NCBI GenBank assembly: GCA_051000215.1
Contig: JBPCON010000033.1
Span: 757 to 64,756 of the forward strand
Direction: 5' to 3'
Source of the DNA: Acidimicrobiales bacterium
GTDB taxonomy: Bacteria > Actinomycetota > Acidimicrobiia > Acidimicrobiales > JACDCH01
DNA: 64,000 nt
Shown piece after piece: positions 39,302 to 48,852 of the stretch. Under the pieces are notes generated by a model that was not told the DNA's origin, searched no databases, and worked only from the letters and a program-made list of their open reading frames with translations. How positions within the stretch are numbered: the stretch's first letter is position 1; each line of letters starts with the position of its first letter. Position numbers and translations under genes: made by a program.

Positions 39302-40033
39302 GTGCTCACGCCGCGTTTCGTACCTGAGGAATGGACACTCACCGACCTGAGAAGCACGGTGGGCTCGCTGCACATCCGCTTCGCGTGGATCATCGCCGGC
39401 AACGACGATGCCGACGGCCTGCTCGAGCTCGCGGGCGAGCTCTCTGCCCTCGTCGGGCTCACTCCCTCAGCCACGGCCGAGCGCCACGAGCTCGAGCTGA
39501 CGACCGTTCGGGGCGAGGCGATCCTTCGCGACGCGGCCGCGCTCGTCGCGCCGCTGCTCGCCCCCGCGGGCGGGCCGGGCACGGTCGCAGGGCTCTTCCG
39601 ATCCGACGGGGGCGTGCCCAAGCTCGCTGTGGACGAGGCCGACATCGATCACCGCGGCATCGTCGGCGACCGCCAGGCGACGAGAGCCCATCACGGTCGC
39701 GTCTGGCAAGCACTGTGCCTGTGGTCGCGCGAGGTGATCGACGAGCTGCGAGGCGAAGGGCACCCGATCGGTCCGGGCCGAGCGGGCGAGAACGTCACCA
39801 TCGCCGGTCTCGATTGGGCTGCGTTGCGCCCCGGCGTGCAGCTTCGCATCGGTGAAGCGGTCGCCGAGCTGTCGTCGTACGCGACGCCGTGTGTGAAGAA
39901 CGCCCAGTGGTTCCTCGGCGGTGATTTCGACCGCATGGGCCACGACCGCGACCCCGGGATCAGCCGCATCTACGCTTCGGTCATCACCCCGGGCGCTGTC
40001 CGCCTCGGTGACCGCGTCATGGTCCTGCGCTGA
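39302..40033 (+). CDS. MOSC domain-containing protein
   Basis: GGVPK, HHGR..QALCL, GENVT and PC motifs. Confidence 0.82.
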   Translation: MLTPRFVPEEWTLTDLRSTVGSLHIRFAWIIAGNDDADGLLELAGELSALVGLTPSATAERHELELTTVRGEAILRDAAALVAPLLAPAGGPGTVAGLFRSDGGVPKLAVDEADIDHRGIVGDRQATRAHHGRVWQALCLWSREVIDELRGEGHPIGPGRAGENVTIAGLDWAALRPGVQLRIGEAVAELSSYATPCVKNAQWFLGGDFDRMGHDRDPGISRIYASVITPGAVRLGDRVMVLR

Positions 40034-40038
40034 CCTGT

Positions 40039-40740
40039 TCAGCCTTGCGTTTCGATGGCTGCGAGCGCGGCGAGCGCCGCTACCTTCGCAGCTCGGGTGC
40101 TCCCCTGGGCCAGGCGAACCAGGCGAGGGATGTGGTGTGGGTGCACCACGACGTAGCGGATGCCAGCGCCGACGCGCGCCGACCCATCAGGGTTGGTGAG
40201 GGCGAGCACGTCATCACCGACGAAGCCGTCCACGACGAGATCGCTGATGCCTCGAAACGCCGTCCACGGAAGACCGCGCGACGCGCACACGCCGGCGATC
40301 GCGGCCGTCTCCATGTCGACGGAGAGGATCACCCCGTCCACGAACGCCTGCATCGCCTGTGGAGTGAGCAGCTCGTCGCCGGTGCGAACCGTGCCTCGCA
40401 GCTCGGCCCCGCCCAGCGCCGACGCGTGATGCGCAGCCCCGGCCACCGCGTCGAAAGCGATCGCGGGGACGTGCAGATCCCCGATGGCCATGCTCGGGTC
40501 GAGCCCGCCAGCGATGCCGGTCACGACGACGTGATCCGGCCGTATCGCGTCGAGCGCTCGCTCCGTCATCGCTGCCGAAGCTTGCGTGCCGATGCCCGCC
40601 ACGACGGCGAAGACGTCGACGCCGTTGACGACCCCCTCGTGCACGGCGAGCGCACCCCGGGTCGAGCGCGCCAGCCGCGCCGCCTTCGCGAAGGGACGCA
40701 GCTCGACGGGCATCGGCGCGAGCACGAGGACGGCGGTCAC
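40039..40740 (-). CDS. nucleoside phosphorylase / MTA-SAH nucleosidase family
   Basis: GIAGG, VDMETAA and RGISD motifs. Confidence 0.8.
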   Translation of the reverse strand: MTAVLVLAPMPVELRPFAKAARLARSTRGALAVHEGVVNGVDVFAVVAGIGTQASAAMTERALDAIRPDHVVVTGIAGGLDPSMAIGDLHVPAIAFDAVAGAAHHASALGGAELRGTVRTGDELLTPQAMQAFVDGVILSVDMETAAIAGVCASRGLPWTAFRGISDLVVDGFVGDDVLALTNPDGSARVGAGIRYVVVHPHHIPRLVRLAQGSTRAAKVAALAALAAIETQG

Positions 40741-41147
40741 AGCTCGCCGCCGATGCGGGCGGCGACATCGATTGCCTCGTCGTTGGACGCATAGGTGGTG
40801 CGGGGCCAGAAGAACCCGCGCAACCCATCACCCTTGGTGCGGGGGACGATGTGCACGTGCAGGTGTGCGACGCTCTGGCTGACGCGGTTGTTCAAGGCGA
40901 CGAACGAGCCTGTCGCTGCCATGGCCCGCTCGACTGCGCCGCTCAGCGCGCGCGCCCGCTGGAACAGCGGCTCGACGAGCCCTGGTGGCAGGTCTGTCAA
41001 CGTCTCGTGGTGCGCCCGGGGGACGAGCAGGACATGACCCGCGAAGAGGGGGCGGTTGTCGAGGAACGCGAACGCCACATCGTCGTCGAGCACCACGTGC
41101 GCCCGACTGCGGCCCGCGACGATGTCGCAGAACGAGCAGGTCGCCAC
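40737..41147 (-). CDS. HIT family protein
   Basis: CSFC and HLHVHIVPR motifs. Confidence 0.92.
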   Translation of the reverse strand: MATCSFCDIVAGRSRAHVVLDDDVAFAFLDNRPLFAGHVLLVPRAHHETLTDLPPGLVEPLFQRARALSGAVERAMAATGSFVALNNRVSQSVAHLHVHIVPRTKGDGLRGFFWPRTTYASNDEAIDVAARIGGEL

Positions 41148-41291
41148 GGCTGGCGAGCGTAGGGCCGCACGGGGCCATCCACCACCAGGACCTGCGCCTG
41201 GTGGTTTCATGAGCGCCGATGTTCCGTCCGCGCCGCGACCTCCCTTTCGCCGGTTGACCACCGCGGCGTGCCTCTCCCTCATGAGGTGGCC

Positions 41292-42620
41292 GTGAACGAT
41301 CCCCTCCGCCCAACGGCGCGCCCGCGCAGCGCCCCGGTGCGCACGTACGTGCTCGACACCTCGGTGCTCCTCGCCGACCCGCGGGCCCTGCTGCGCTTCG
41401 ACGAGCACGCCGTCGTGCTCCCGATCGTCGTGCTGATGGAGCTCGAGGCGAAGCGTGACCACCCCGAGCTCGGCTGGGCGGCGAGGCAGGCGCTACGACT
41501 GCTCGAGGGGTTCAGGGTCGACGCCGACTCGCTCACCGAGCCCGTCGTCGCGAACGCTGCTGGCGGTACCGTGCGAGTCGAGCTCAACCACCAGAGCACG
41601 GCTGGTTTGCCGCCCGCTATGGCGGCTGAGAACAACGACCATCGCATCCTCGCGGTCGCGAAGAACCTGAGCGACGAGGGTCTCGACGTGACGGTGGTGA
41701 CAAAGGATCTGCCCCTCCGGCTCAAATCCTCGATCGTCGGGCTGCGCGCAGATGAGTACCGAAACGAGCTCGCGAGCGACTGCAGCTGGAACGGATTCGC
41801 TGAGCTCGAGGCGGACGGCGACGAAGTCGACGAGCTCTTCGCGGCGCGTGTGCTCGACCACGCCGAAGCGCGCGAGCTGCCGTGCAACACCGGCGTCGCG
41901 CTGGTTGCCGGATCGCAATCGGCCCTCGGGCGGGTGCGTGACGACAAACGGATCCACCTCGTGCGTGGCGACCGCACGCTGTTCGACGTGCACGGTCGTT
42001 CGGCCGAGCAGCGCATCGCGATCGACTTGCTCAGTGATCCGAGCGTCGGCATCGTGTCGATCGGTGGGCCGGCTGGCACGGGCAAGAGCGTCATCGCGCT
42101 GGCCGCTGGCCTCGACGCGGTGCTCGAGCAGCGCACGCACAAACGAGTGGTCGTCTTCCGCCCGATCTTCGCCGTCGGTGGCCAGGATCTCGGGTTCCTG
42201 CCAGGCTCCGAGGCCGAGAAGATGGCGCCATGGACGGCGGCGGTGCTCGACGCGCTCGAGGCCATCGTCGGTCCGGAGATCATCGAGGAGGTCGAGTCGC
42301 GGGGGTTGCTCGAGGTGCTCCCGCTCACCCACATCCGCGGTCGCAGCCTCACCGACACCTTCGTGATCATCGACGAGGCCCAGAACCTCGAGCGCCCGGT
42401 GCTGCTCACCGCGCTGTCACGCCTCGGCGAAGGCAGCCGGGTGGTGCTCACCCACGACGTCGCGCAACGCGACAACCTGCGCGTCGGTCGACACGACGGC
42501 ATCGCTTCGGTCATCGACGCGTTGCGGGGCCACCCGCTGTTCGGGCACATCACCCTCACGCGCTCCGAGCGCAGCCCCATCGCCGCGCTGGTGACCGAGC
42601 TGCTCGACAGCGCGGTATAG
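41292..42620 (+). CDS. phoH2: PhoH2 (PIN domain + PhoH ATPase)
   Basis: PIN motifs YVLDTSVLL and NDHRIL; [13 protein letters not shown] and DEAQN. Confidence 0.92.
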   Translation: MNDPLRPTARPRSAPVRTYVLDTSVLLADPRALLRFDEHAVVLPIVVLMELEAKRDHPELGWAARQALRLLEGFRVDADSLTEPVVANAAGGTVRVELNHQSTAGLPPAMAAENNDHRILAVAKNLSDEGLDVTVVTKDLPLRLKSSIVGLRADEYRNELASDCSWNGFAELEADGDEVDELFAARVLDHAEARELPCNTGVALVAGSQSALGRVRDDKRIHLVRGDRTLFDVHGRSAEQRIAIDLLSDPSVGIVSIGGPAGTGKSVIALAAGLDAVLEQRTHKRVVVFRPIFAVGGQDLGFLPGSEAEKMAPWTAAVLDALEAIVGPEIIEEVESRGLLEVLPLTHIRGRSLTDTFVIIDEAQNLERPVLLTALSRLGEGSRVVLTHDVAQRDNLRVGRHDGIASVIDALRGHPLFGHITLTRSERSPIAALVTELLDSAV

Positions 42621-42700
42621 CCCCGGGGCGGGGATCCAACTATTCCGCGCGTGGCGCCCCTACCCTCGTGGTCCGGACGAGCGATCTGAGGGGGCACCGG

Positions 42701-43324
42701 ATGCAGAAGCGCCCGGTCGTCTACGGACTCGACATCGAGACCGACACGACCATCGACGGGCTCGACCCGGCAGTCGCACCCGTCGTCACCGTTGCGCTGT
42801 CGAACCCCGGGTTCGATGAGGTGTTCACCGGCCGAGAGGACGAGCTGCTCGAGCAGCTCGACGCCCGGCTCGCGACGATGGACCCCGGCGTGCTCGCGAC
42901 CTGGAACGGCGCCGCGTTCGACCTTCCGTTCCTCGCCGAGCGCGCCGAGCTGCACGGCATCACGCTCGGGCTGCGCCTCCGCTACGACCCAACGATCCGC
43001 ATGGGCCACGAGCCGCTACCCGGGCACCCCGGCGCGTACCGGGCGCGCTGGCACGACCACGGCCACGTCGATGCGTACCGCCTCTACCGTGGCGACGTCG
43101 GGCCCGCGCTGCGGGTGTCGTGCGCGCTCAAGTCGATCGCGCGCCTCGTCGGGCTCGCGCCGCTCGAAGTCGATCGCACGCGCATCCACGAGCTGTCGCG
43201 CGAGGCGCTGCACGCGTACGCAGCCAGCGACGCTCGCTTGGCTCGCGTGCTGACCGAGCGGCGCTGGTCGACAGCTTCGCGGTTCATCGATCGGTTCCCT
43301 GTCGCTGGCGCGCAGGTGGCCTGA
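42701..43324 (+). CDS. standalone DnaQ/PolB-type (DEDDy) 3'-5' exonuclease
   Basis: ExoI LDIETD, ExoII WNGAAFDLPFL and ExoIII YAASDA. Confidence 0.82.
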   Translation: MQKRPVVYGLDIETDTTIDGLDPAVAPVVTVALSNPGFDEVFTGREDELLEQLDARLATMDPGVLATWNGAAFDLPFLAERAELHGITLGLRLRYDPTIRMGHEPLPGHPGAYRARWHDHGHVDAYRLYRGDVGPALRVSCALKSIARLVGLAPLEVDRTRIHELSREALHAYAASDARLARVLTERRWSTASRFIDRFPVAGAQVA

Positions 43325-43388
43325 GCGTCCTCGAGCGCGCTCATCCTGCGGGTTGGGCGGCCTCGACGTCGGCGGGCCTCGGCTCTGA

Positions 43389-44432
43389 CTATCCAGGTGG
43401 GAGCGCAGCGGCTTTGCCGCCCCGGGCGAACAGCTTGGCGAGTTCGTCGCGCGCTGCTGGCGTCATCGATGCCCAGTCGTAGATCGACCCGCCGATGGAC
43501 TGCGTGGCCACGAGCGAGCGGGCGAAGCCATCCATGCTCGCCGAGGTCATGAGGTCGCCGATCCCGCCGATGCCGTGCACCGGTGCACGCTCGTCGCCGA
43601 GATCGGCGCGCAGCCGGCGCGTGCTCTCCTCGTTGTACGAATAGCCATCGGCGTAGCCCGACTCCTCCGACCGGAAGGTCCAGTAGCTCATCGGCAGCCA
43701 CACGTCGTAGAGCGCGGCGAGCCTCGCCCACGGGAACTCTGGCCACAGGTTCGGGTTGATGACCTCGGTCTGCACCGGGGGCAGCACGATGGCACCGAGC
43801 ACGTCGCCCTTCGTCTCCGTCCGGAAGCGCTCAGAGAGATCGATGAGCAGTGCGTTGCGGGCGCCGGTGTCGGGAACGTCGTCGGTGAACTCGATGTCGA
43901 TTGCGATGCCGTCGAAGCGGTGGCCGAGCACGTTGAAGCTGTCGAGGCGGGCGAGGTTGGCAAGATCACGGGCAGGGTCGCGAAAGCGCGGCAGGTACCA
44001 CGCCACCACCGCGATGCCCCTGCGATGCGCGCGGAGCAAGATGGTGGCGGTCGTGGCGGGATCGACGATCCCGCCGGGTGTTCGGGTGTCCTCCCGCGCG
44101 GCCTGCAAGAAGAGGGTCCTCACACCGTGCTCGGCGAGATCGTCGACGACCTCGGGTGTGATCGGCGGAGCAACGCCGTCGCGCTGGTAGGCCACGCCAT
44201 AGTCGAAGCCGTCGACCCACGCGCCAAGCCCCTGGTAGGGAGCGATGGTGCGGGTCCGAGGCCCAGCCCCTCCGGCGAGCGACGGCACGGCGCCCCCGAG
44301 AGCAGCGCCGGGCGGGGGCCGAGCGTCGCCGTGGCCTGCATCGATCAGCACGCCGCCGGCAACGAGCAGCGCGATGGCGACCGCGACGGCGGTGCGGCCT
44401 GTCGCACGCCGGCATGCAGCGTTGAGGCGCAT
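43389..44432 (-). CDS. secreted glycoside-hydrolase-like (TIM barrel) protein
   Basis: signal peptide; VAWYLP, GIAIDIE and WLPMSYW motifs. Confidence 0.6.
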   Translation of the reverse strand: MRLNAACRRATGRTAVAVAIALLVAGGVLIDAGHGDARPPPGAALGGAVPSLAGGAGPRTRTIAPYQGLGAWVDGFDYGVAYQRDGVAPPITPEVVDDLAEHGVRTLFLQAAREDTRTPGGIVDPATTATILLRAHRRGIAVVAWYLPRFRDPARDLANLARLDSFNVLGHRFDGIAIDIEFTDDVPDTGARNALLIDLSERFRTETKGDVLGAIVLPPVQTEVINPNLWPEFPWARLAALYDVWLPMSYWTFRSEESGYADGYSYNEESTRRLRADLGDERAPVHGIGGIGDLMTSASMDGFARSLVATQSIGGSIYDWASMTPAARDELAKLFARGGKAAALPPG

Positions 44433-44491
44433 CGTGCGAACGTACCGACCTTCTGGGGCTCCGTTGCGGCGGGCCACTACCTTTGCGCCCC

Positions 44492-45970
44492 GTGCCGCTG
44501 GTCATGGGAGTCGACTCGTCGACCCGCTCGACGAAGCTCGAGGTCCGCGACGCCGACGACGGCACGTTGGTCGCATCCGGTCAGGCACCTCATCCAGACG
44601 CACGCCCGCCCCGAAGCGAGCAGGATCCGCGCTCGTGGTGGAATGCGCTGCTCAGCGCCATCACCGAAGCCGGGGTGCGAGACGTCGCAGCGCTCTCGGT
44701 CGCCGCCCAGCAGCACGGCATGGTCGCGCTCGACGCCGCGGGTGCGGTCCTGCGCCCAGCCAAGCTCTGGAACGACATCGAGTCGACGCCCGATGCCGCC
44801 CGGATGATCGAGCACATCGGCGCCCAACGTTGGGGGCGGGTCTGCGGTTCGGTGCCCACCGCCGGCTCCACGATCTCGAAGCTCGCGTGGCTCGCGCGCG
44901 TCGAGCCGCGCACGTTCGCTCGCATCGGCACCGTGCTCGCCCCTCATGACCATTTGACCTACCGGCTCACCGGCCGCTTCGTCACCGATAGGGGCGACGC
45001 GTCAGCGAGTGGCTACTGGTCACCGACCGACGATCGCTGGCGTCCCGAGCTACTCGAACGCGCGGTCGGCGCGCATCCATCGGGTTCGTGGTCCGACAAG
45101 CTGCCAGAGGTCCTCGGCCCGTCCGAGCCATCTGACTGGCTGTCTGCGTCGACCCACGATGTGCTCGGCTTGCGGGGCCGGCCCCTGTGTGGCCCCGGAA
45201 CCGGCGACACCATGGCAGCGGCGCTCGGCGTCGGCCTCGCTCGCGCCGATGTCGTCATCTCGCTCGGGGCCTCGGCACGCCTGTTCTCCCGCAGCCTGCG
45301 CCCAACCGCTGACGGCACGGGTGCGATCGCGGGGCTGGCCGACGCGACCGGTGAGTTCCTCCCCCTGGTGCTGCGCCGCAACGCCACCGTCGCGACCGAC
45401 GCGATAGCGCGCGTTCTGGGCGTTGACCGCGACGAGCTCGACGAGTTGGCGCTGTCGGCTCCAACCGGAGCGAGGGGTGTCGTGCTGTTGCCGGACGCCT
45501 CTGCGCAGCGCACGCCTGCTCGAAGCAGCGCTCTGGGCTCGCTCGTTGGTTTGCACGCTGATGTGACCCGCGAGCAGATCGCACGTGCCGCGTTCGAGGG
45601 CGTCGTGTGCAGCGCGCTCGACTCGCTCGACGCGCTCGGAGCTGCCGGAGTCGACACTTCGGGTCGCCTCGTGCTGATCGGCGCCGGCGCACGATCGAGG
45701 GCGTACCAGCGTGTGGTCGCGGATCTGAGCGGGCGCGACGTGCTCGTTCCTGACGGCGACGAGCACATCGCAACCGGCGCGTGCGTCCAGGCGGCGGCCG
45801 TGCTGCACGGCTGTGCGCCAGACGACGTCGCAGCCGCGTGGGGCCTCCGCTCCGGGGAGATGATCGCTCCGGAACCCCGGGTGGATCGGGCCGGCGTCCG
45901 GCGAGCGCACGCCTTGGCGCGCCACCCTGGCGCCGAAGCTCCCAAGAACATGAAAGATCATGAAGAATGA
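44492..45970 (+). CDS. FGGY carbohydrate kinase (xylulokinase-like)
   Basis: GVDSST, QQHGMV, KLWND, TDRGDAS and RAAFEG motifs; several C-terminal motifs diverged. Confidence 0.85.
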   Translation: MPLVMGVDSSTRSTKLEVRDADDGTLVASGQAPHPDARPPRSEQDPRSWWNALLSAITEAGVRDVAALSVAAQQHGMVALDAAGAVLRPAKLWNDIESTPDAARMIEHIGAQRWGRVCGSVPTAGSTISKLAWLARVEPRTFARIGTVLAPHDHLTYRLTGRFVTDRGDASASGYWSPTDDRWRPELLERAVGAHPSGSWSDKLPEVLGPSEPSDWLSASTHDVLGLRGRPLCGPGTGDTMAAALGVGLARADVVISLGASARLFSRSLRPTADGTGAIAGLADATGEFLPLVLRRNATVATDAIARVLGVDRDELDELALSAPTGARGVVLLPDASAQRTPARSSALGSLVGLHADVTREQIARAAFEGVVCSALDSLDALGAAGVDTSGRLVLIGAGARSRAYQRVVADLSGRDVLVPDGDEHIATGACVQAAAVLHGCAPDDVAAAWGLRSGEMIAPEPRVDRAGVRRAHALARHPGAEAPKNMKDHEE

Positions 45971-46008
45971 TGAAACATCTTGACCGAGCACTGAGCCTCT
46001 GTCATGGT
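45950..46008 (+). promoter_or_regulatory. promoter with three 10-bp-phased direct repeats upstream of the -35
   Basis: TGAAAGATCA TGAAGAATGA TGAAACATCT, then TTGACC-17 nt-CATGGT. Confidence 0.55.
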
Positions 46009-46098
46009 GCGGTCACGGATGGGGCCATCGACCCGCCCGCTCGCTGACGTTCGCAATCCGATCGCCGGCCTCCCCGCCTCCAGCCCGGGAGCACCCTC

Positions 46099-47433
46099 GT
46101 GTCATCACCGCGCTTTCGCCGCGCCCGCCTCGGCGCGCCCCTTCTCGTCGTCGGCTGCGCCCTCGCCGTCTTCCTCCGGATGAGCCCTGGCCCGACCTCC
46201 GCTGATGCCGTGGTCGAGCACGCGGTCGGCTACGAGGCGACCGTCGCGCAATGGACGAGCTGGTACGGCTCGTACGGGCTCGGAGACGCAGGGGTCGGGT
46301 GGTGCATCGACCACGGGTTGCGCGCCCCGGACCCCGACCTCGGCTACGCGCCGACACCGGTCGACGAGCAGAGCCCGGGCATCCGCGCCGCTGTGGCGTG
46401 GGCCGTGAGCGCGCACGGGATCAACCCCGACGCCGTTCGCGCTGCTGGGGTGATGCTGGCCATCCACGATCTCATGGGGGCCGAGTACCCCACCGGCCTG
46501 CTCGACGTCGACACCCTCGACCCGTCCCAACTCGCCGGCTTCGACGGCAACGAAGGCAACGTCATCGCGCAGGCACAGGCGATCAAGGCCGACGCCCTCG
46601 CGCACGGCGATCTCGTCGCGCCGCTCGCCCTTTCGATCGCGGCGCCCGCCGTGGAGCCGGGGGCGACGTCCGAGCTCGAGGTGCACCTGCTCGATGCGGG
46701 GGGCCGTCCGATCGCCGGCATCTCCGTGTCGCTCAGCTCATCCGGGGCCGTCCTCGCGAGCGGGGGCGCAGTGACGGGTCCGGGCGGCGACGTGCGGGTG
46801 GCGTTCACGGCAGTGGCGGGGACGAACGCGTTTCACGCGGCGGCCGACCCGCCCGACCCCGCGCTGCACGCGTACGCGTCGACGTCAGAGCCAGCCCAGC
46901 GTGTCGCGATACCCGCCGCTGCGCACGTCGCAGCCGACACGTCGTTCGTGGCCGCGTCGCCGACGACAGTGCCCCCCACGACGACCACGACCACGACAGT
47001 GGCGCCGAGCACCACAACGATGCCCACCACCACCACGTCCACCACGCTCGCGCCGAGCACCACGAGCACCACACTGGCGCCCACGACCACGACGCCGCCC
47101 ACCACGACGACCACCGTGCCCGTGACGACCAGCGTGCCGGCGCCCACCACGACCACGACGCTGCGCCCAGCTGCGACGACGAGCACGACGGCAGCGCCGG
47201 TGACGACCGAGACGACCGAGACGACGACGGCCCCATCGACGACCGCACCCGTCGTGGCGGCGACGTCACCAGCGGCGCCGAGCACACCCGTCGTGCCGGC
47301 GACCGCCTCGCGCCCCCTGCCCCGAACCGGCGTCGAAGCGCTCCCCCTGGCTTCGACCGGCTCGGGGCTCACCCTGCTCGGCGGTGCCCTGGTGAGCGCC
47401 GCCCGCCGGCGCGCCGCATGGCGACGCCGCTGA
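46099..47433 (+). CDS. sortase-anchored surface protein: putative thioester domain, Thr-rich stalk, LPRTG
   Basis: signal peptide, WCID motif, Y...AQR motif, PTTT repeats, LPRTG + TM + RRR tail. Confidence 0.75.
   Translation: MSSPRFRRARLGAPLLVVGCALAVFLRMSPGPTSADAVVEHAVGYEATVAQWTSWYGSYGLGDAGVGWCIDHGLRAPDPDLGYAPTPVDEQSPGIRAAVAWAVSAHGINPDAVRAAGVMLAIHDLMGAEYPTGLLDVDTLDPSQLAGFDGNEGNVIAQAQAIKADALAHGDLVAPLALSIAAPAVEPGATSELEVHLLDAGGRPIAGISVSLSSSGAVLASGGAVTGPGGDVRVAFTAVAGTNAFHAAADPPDPALHAYASTSEPAQRVAIPAAAHVAADTSFVAASPTTVPPTTTTTTTVAPSTTTMPTTTTSTTLAPSTTSTTLAPTTTTPPTTTTTVPVTTSVPAPTTTTTLRPAATTSTTAAPVTTETTETTTAPSTTAPVVAATSPAAPSTPVVPATASRPLPRTGVEALPLASTGSGLTLLGGALVSAARRRAAWRRR
46960..47270 (+). repeat. 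Thr/Pro-rich low-complexity coding repeat
   Basis: acc/acg runs encoding (A/V)P(S/T)TTTT units. Confidence 0.85.
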
Positions 47434-47446
47434 GCGACAAGGCTCG

Positions 47447-47491
47447 TTCTCGAGGCAATACGGGGCGCTACGCGCCACCTATTGCCTCGAG
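47447..47491. repeat. REP-like hairpin copy 2
   Basis: inverted copy of 836-880 with two mismatches in one arm, between convergent genes. Confidence 0.85.
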
Positions 47492-47508
47492 TTCGATGAA
47501 TGGGGGGT

Positions 47509-48756
47509 TCAGCGCATGTTGCCGGTGTGGCCGAGGGAGAAGCGCCCGGGCTGGGGCCAGACCGTGAGGCCGTGGGGGCCTCCGCCGACAGCGATACGGG
47601 TGAGGAAGCCGCCGTTCACCAAGTCGAACACGTAGACCTCGCTGTCGTAGCGTCCAGAGAGCCACAGCTCCTTGCCATCGGCAGTGATGTTGCCCATGTC
47701 GGGGCTGCCGCCGTTGGGGACCGGCCACGTGACGGTGACCGCATCCGTGGCCATGTCGATGACCGAGACGCTCCCCTTCCCGCCCGGCGGGCCGCCGATC
47801 ATGTCGGTGCCGCGGTTGGCGACGTACATCGTCTTGCCGTCGCGGCTGGGGTTGAGGCCATGCGCGCCGATGCCCGTCTCGATGAAGCCCGTCTTGGTGA
47901 ACGATTCGCCGTCGACGATCTCCACGCCGCCCGACATCATGTCGGCGACGTAGAACGTCTTCCCGTCGGCCTTCGCCCTGATGTCCTGGGGCATCGTTTT
48001 CGACCCGAGGTCGAGGAAGCCGACGATCGATCGTGTCGCCATGTCGATCTTCACGAGCTTGCCGGCGAACTCGCAGGTGAAGATCGCGTAGCCGCCGTCA
48101 GCGGAGTAGTCGCTGTGGTTGATGCCGTCGCACTCGGTGACGGAAAGCGACGACTGCAGCTCCATCGTCTTCGGATCGCGGAAGTCGAGCCTCTTGCGAC
48201 CTTCGGCGACGACGATCGCCTGCTTGCCGTCGGGCGTGAAGTAGAGGTTGTAGGGGTCGTCGACCGCGACGGGATCGCCGTGGGATCCGTCGACCGGGTT
48301 GATCGGGATGAGCGAGTTGCCCTGGTTGTTCAGCTCCCACAGCGTGCGCAGGTCGTAGGACGGCACGATGTGTTGGGGCTCGTTGCCAGCGGCGAACGAG
48401 CCGACCACCTGTTTCGTGGTCGGGTCGATCATCGTCACGGTGTTGGAGAGGCCGTTGGGCACGTAGACGAGGGGTCGATCACCGGCCACTCTCGGGTCGA
48501 GGTGCCCCACAGCCTGCTCGCTGTAGATGTTGTGCTCGTCGAGCACGGGCGGCATGCCCACCGCTGAGCTCGGCGCGGCGGTCGTGCCCGATGATGGGGG
48601 GCTCGATCCGCTCTCGCCGCTCGTCGAGTTCACAGTCGAGCCACTCTCGGTCGACGTCTTGGCCTTTCCGCCGCCGCCGACGAGCTCGAACACCGCAACG
48701 CCGACGACAACGATGACTGCGACGAGAAGCGCGATGCGACGGGCGTTCTGCGACAT
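47509..48756 (-). CDS. YncE/YVTN beta-propeller membrane-anchored protein
   Basis: N-terminal TM, Ser-rich linker, repeated (Y/W)V.N..S..V..ID and DGK motifs. Confidence 0.85.
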   Translation of the reverse strand: MSQNARRIALLVAVIVVVGVAVFELVGGGGKAKTSTESGSTVNSTSGESGSSPPSSGTTAAPSSAVGMPPVLDEHNIYSEQAVGHLDPRVAGDRPLVYVPNGLSNTVTMIDPTTKQVVGSFAAGNEPQHIVPSYDLRTLWELNNQGNSLIPINPVDGSHGDPVAVDDPYNLYFTPDGKQAIVVAEGRKRLDFRDPKTMELQSSLSVTECDGINHSDYSADGGYAIFTCEFAGKLVKIDMATRSIVGFLDLGSKTMPQDIRAKADGKTFYVADMMSGGVEIVDGESFTKTGFIETGIGAHGLNPSRDGKTMYVANRGTDMIGGPPGGKGSVSVIDMATDAVTVTWPVPNGGSPDMGNITADGKELWLSGRYDSEVYVFDLVNGGFLTRIAVGGGPHGLTVWPQPGRFSLGHTGNMR

Positions 48757-48814
48757 GACTGCTCGACCGTAGTAGCTCGATCAGCGTGCCCTGCAGCACC
48801 GCGACGCACTACGT

Positions 48815-48831
48815 TCTGACGCACCGTCAGA
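48815..48831. promoter_or_regulatory. palindromic operator TCTGACG-N3-CGTCAGA, copy 1
   Basis: tctgacgcaccgtcaga upstream of the CoA transferase; 16/17 identical to 52581-52597. Confidence 0.72.
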
Positions 48832-48852
48832 TCTCGTGGAGGCCCGCCGACC

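Noticed and set aside
41292-43324. Prophage or defence island suggested by PhoH and the exonuclease
   Set aside because: No integrase, structural genes, att repeats or compositional shift; PIN-PhoH is a normal chromosomal gene.
46960-47270. Non-coding microsatellite
   Set aside because: It is the in-frame Thr/Pro stalk of the LPXTG protein.
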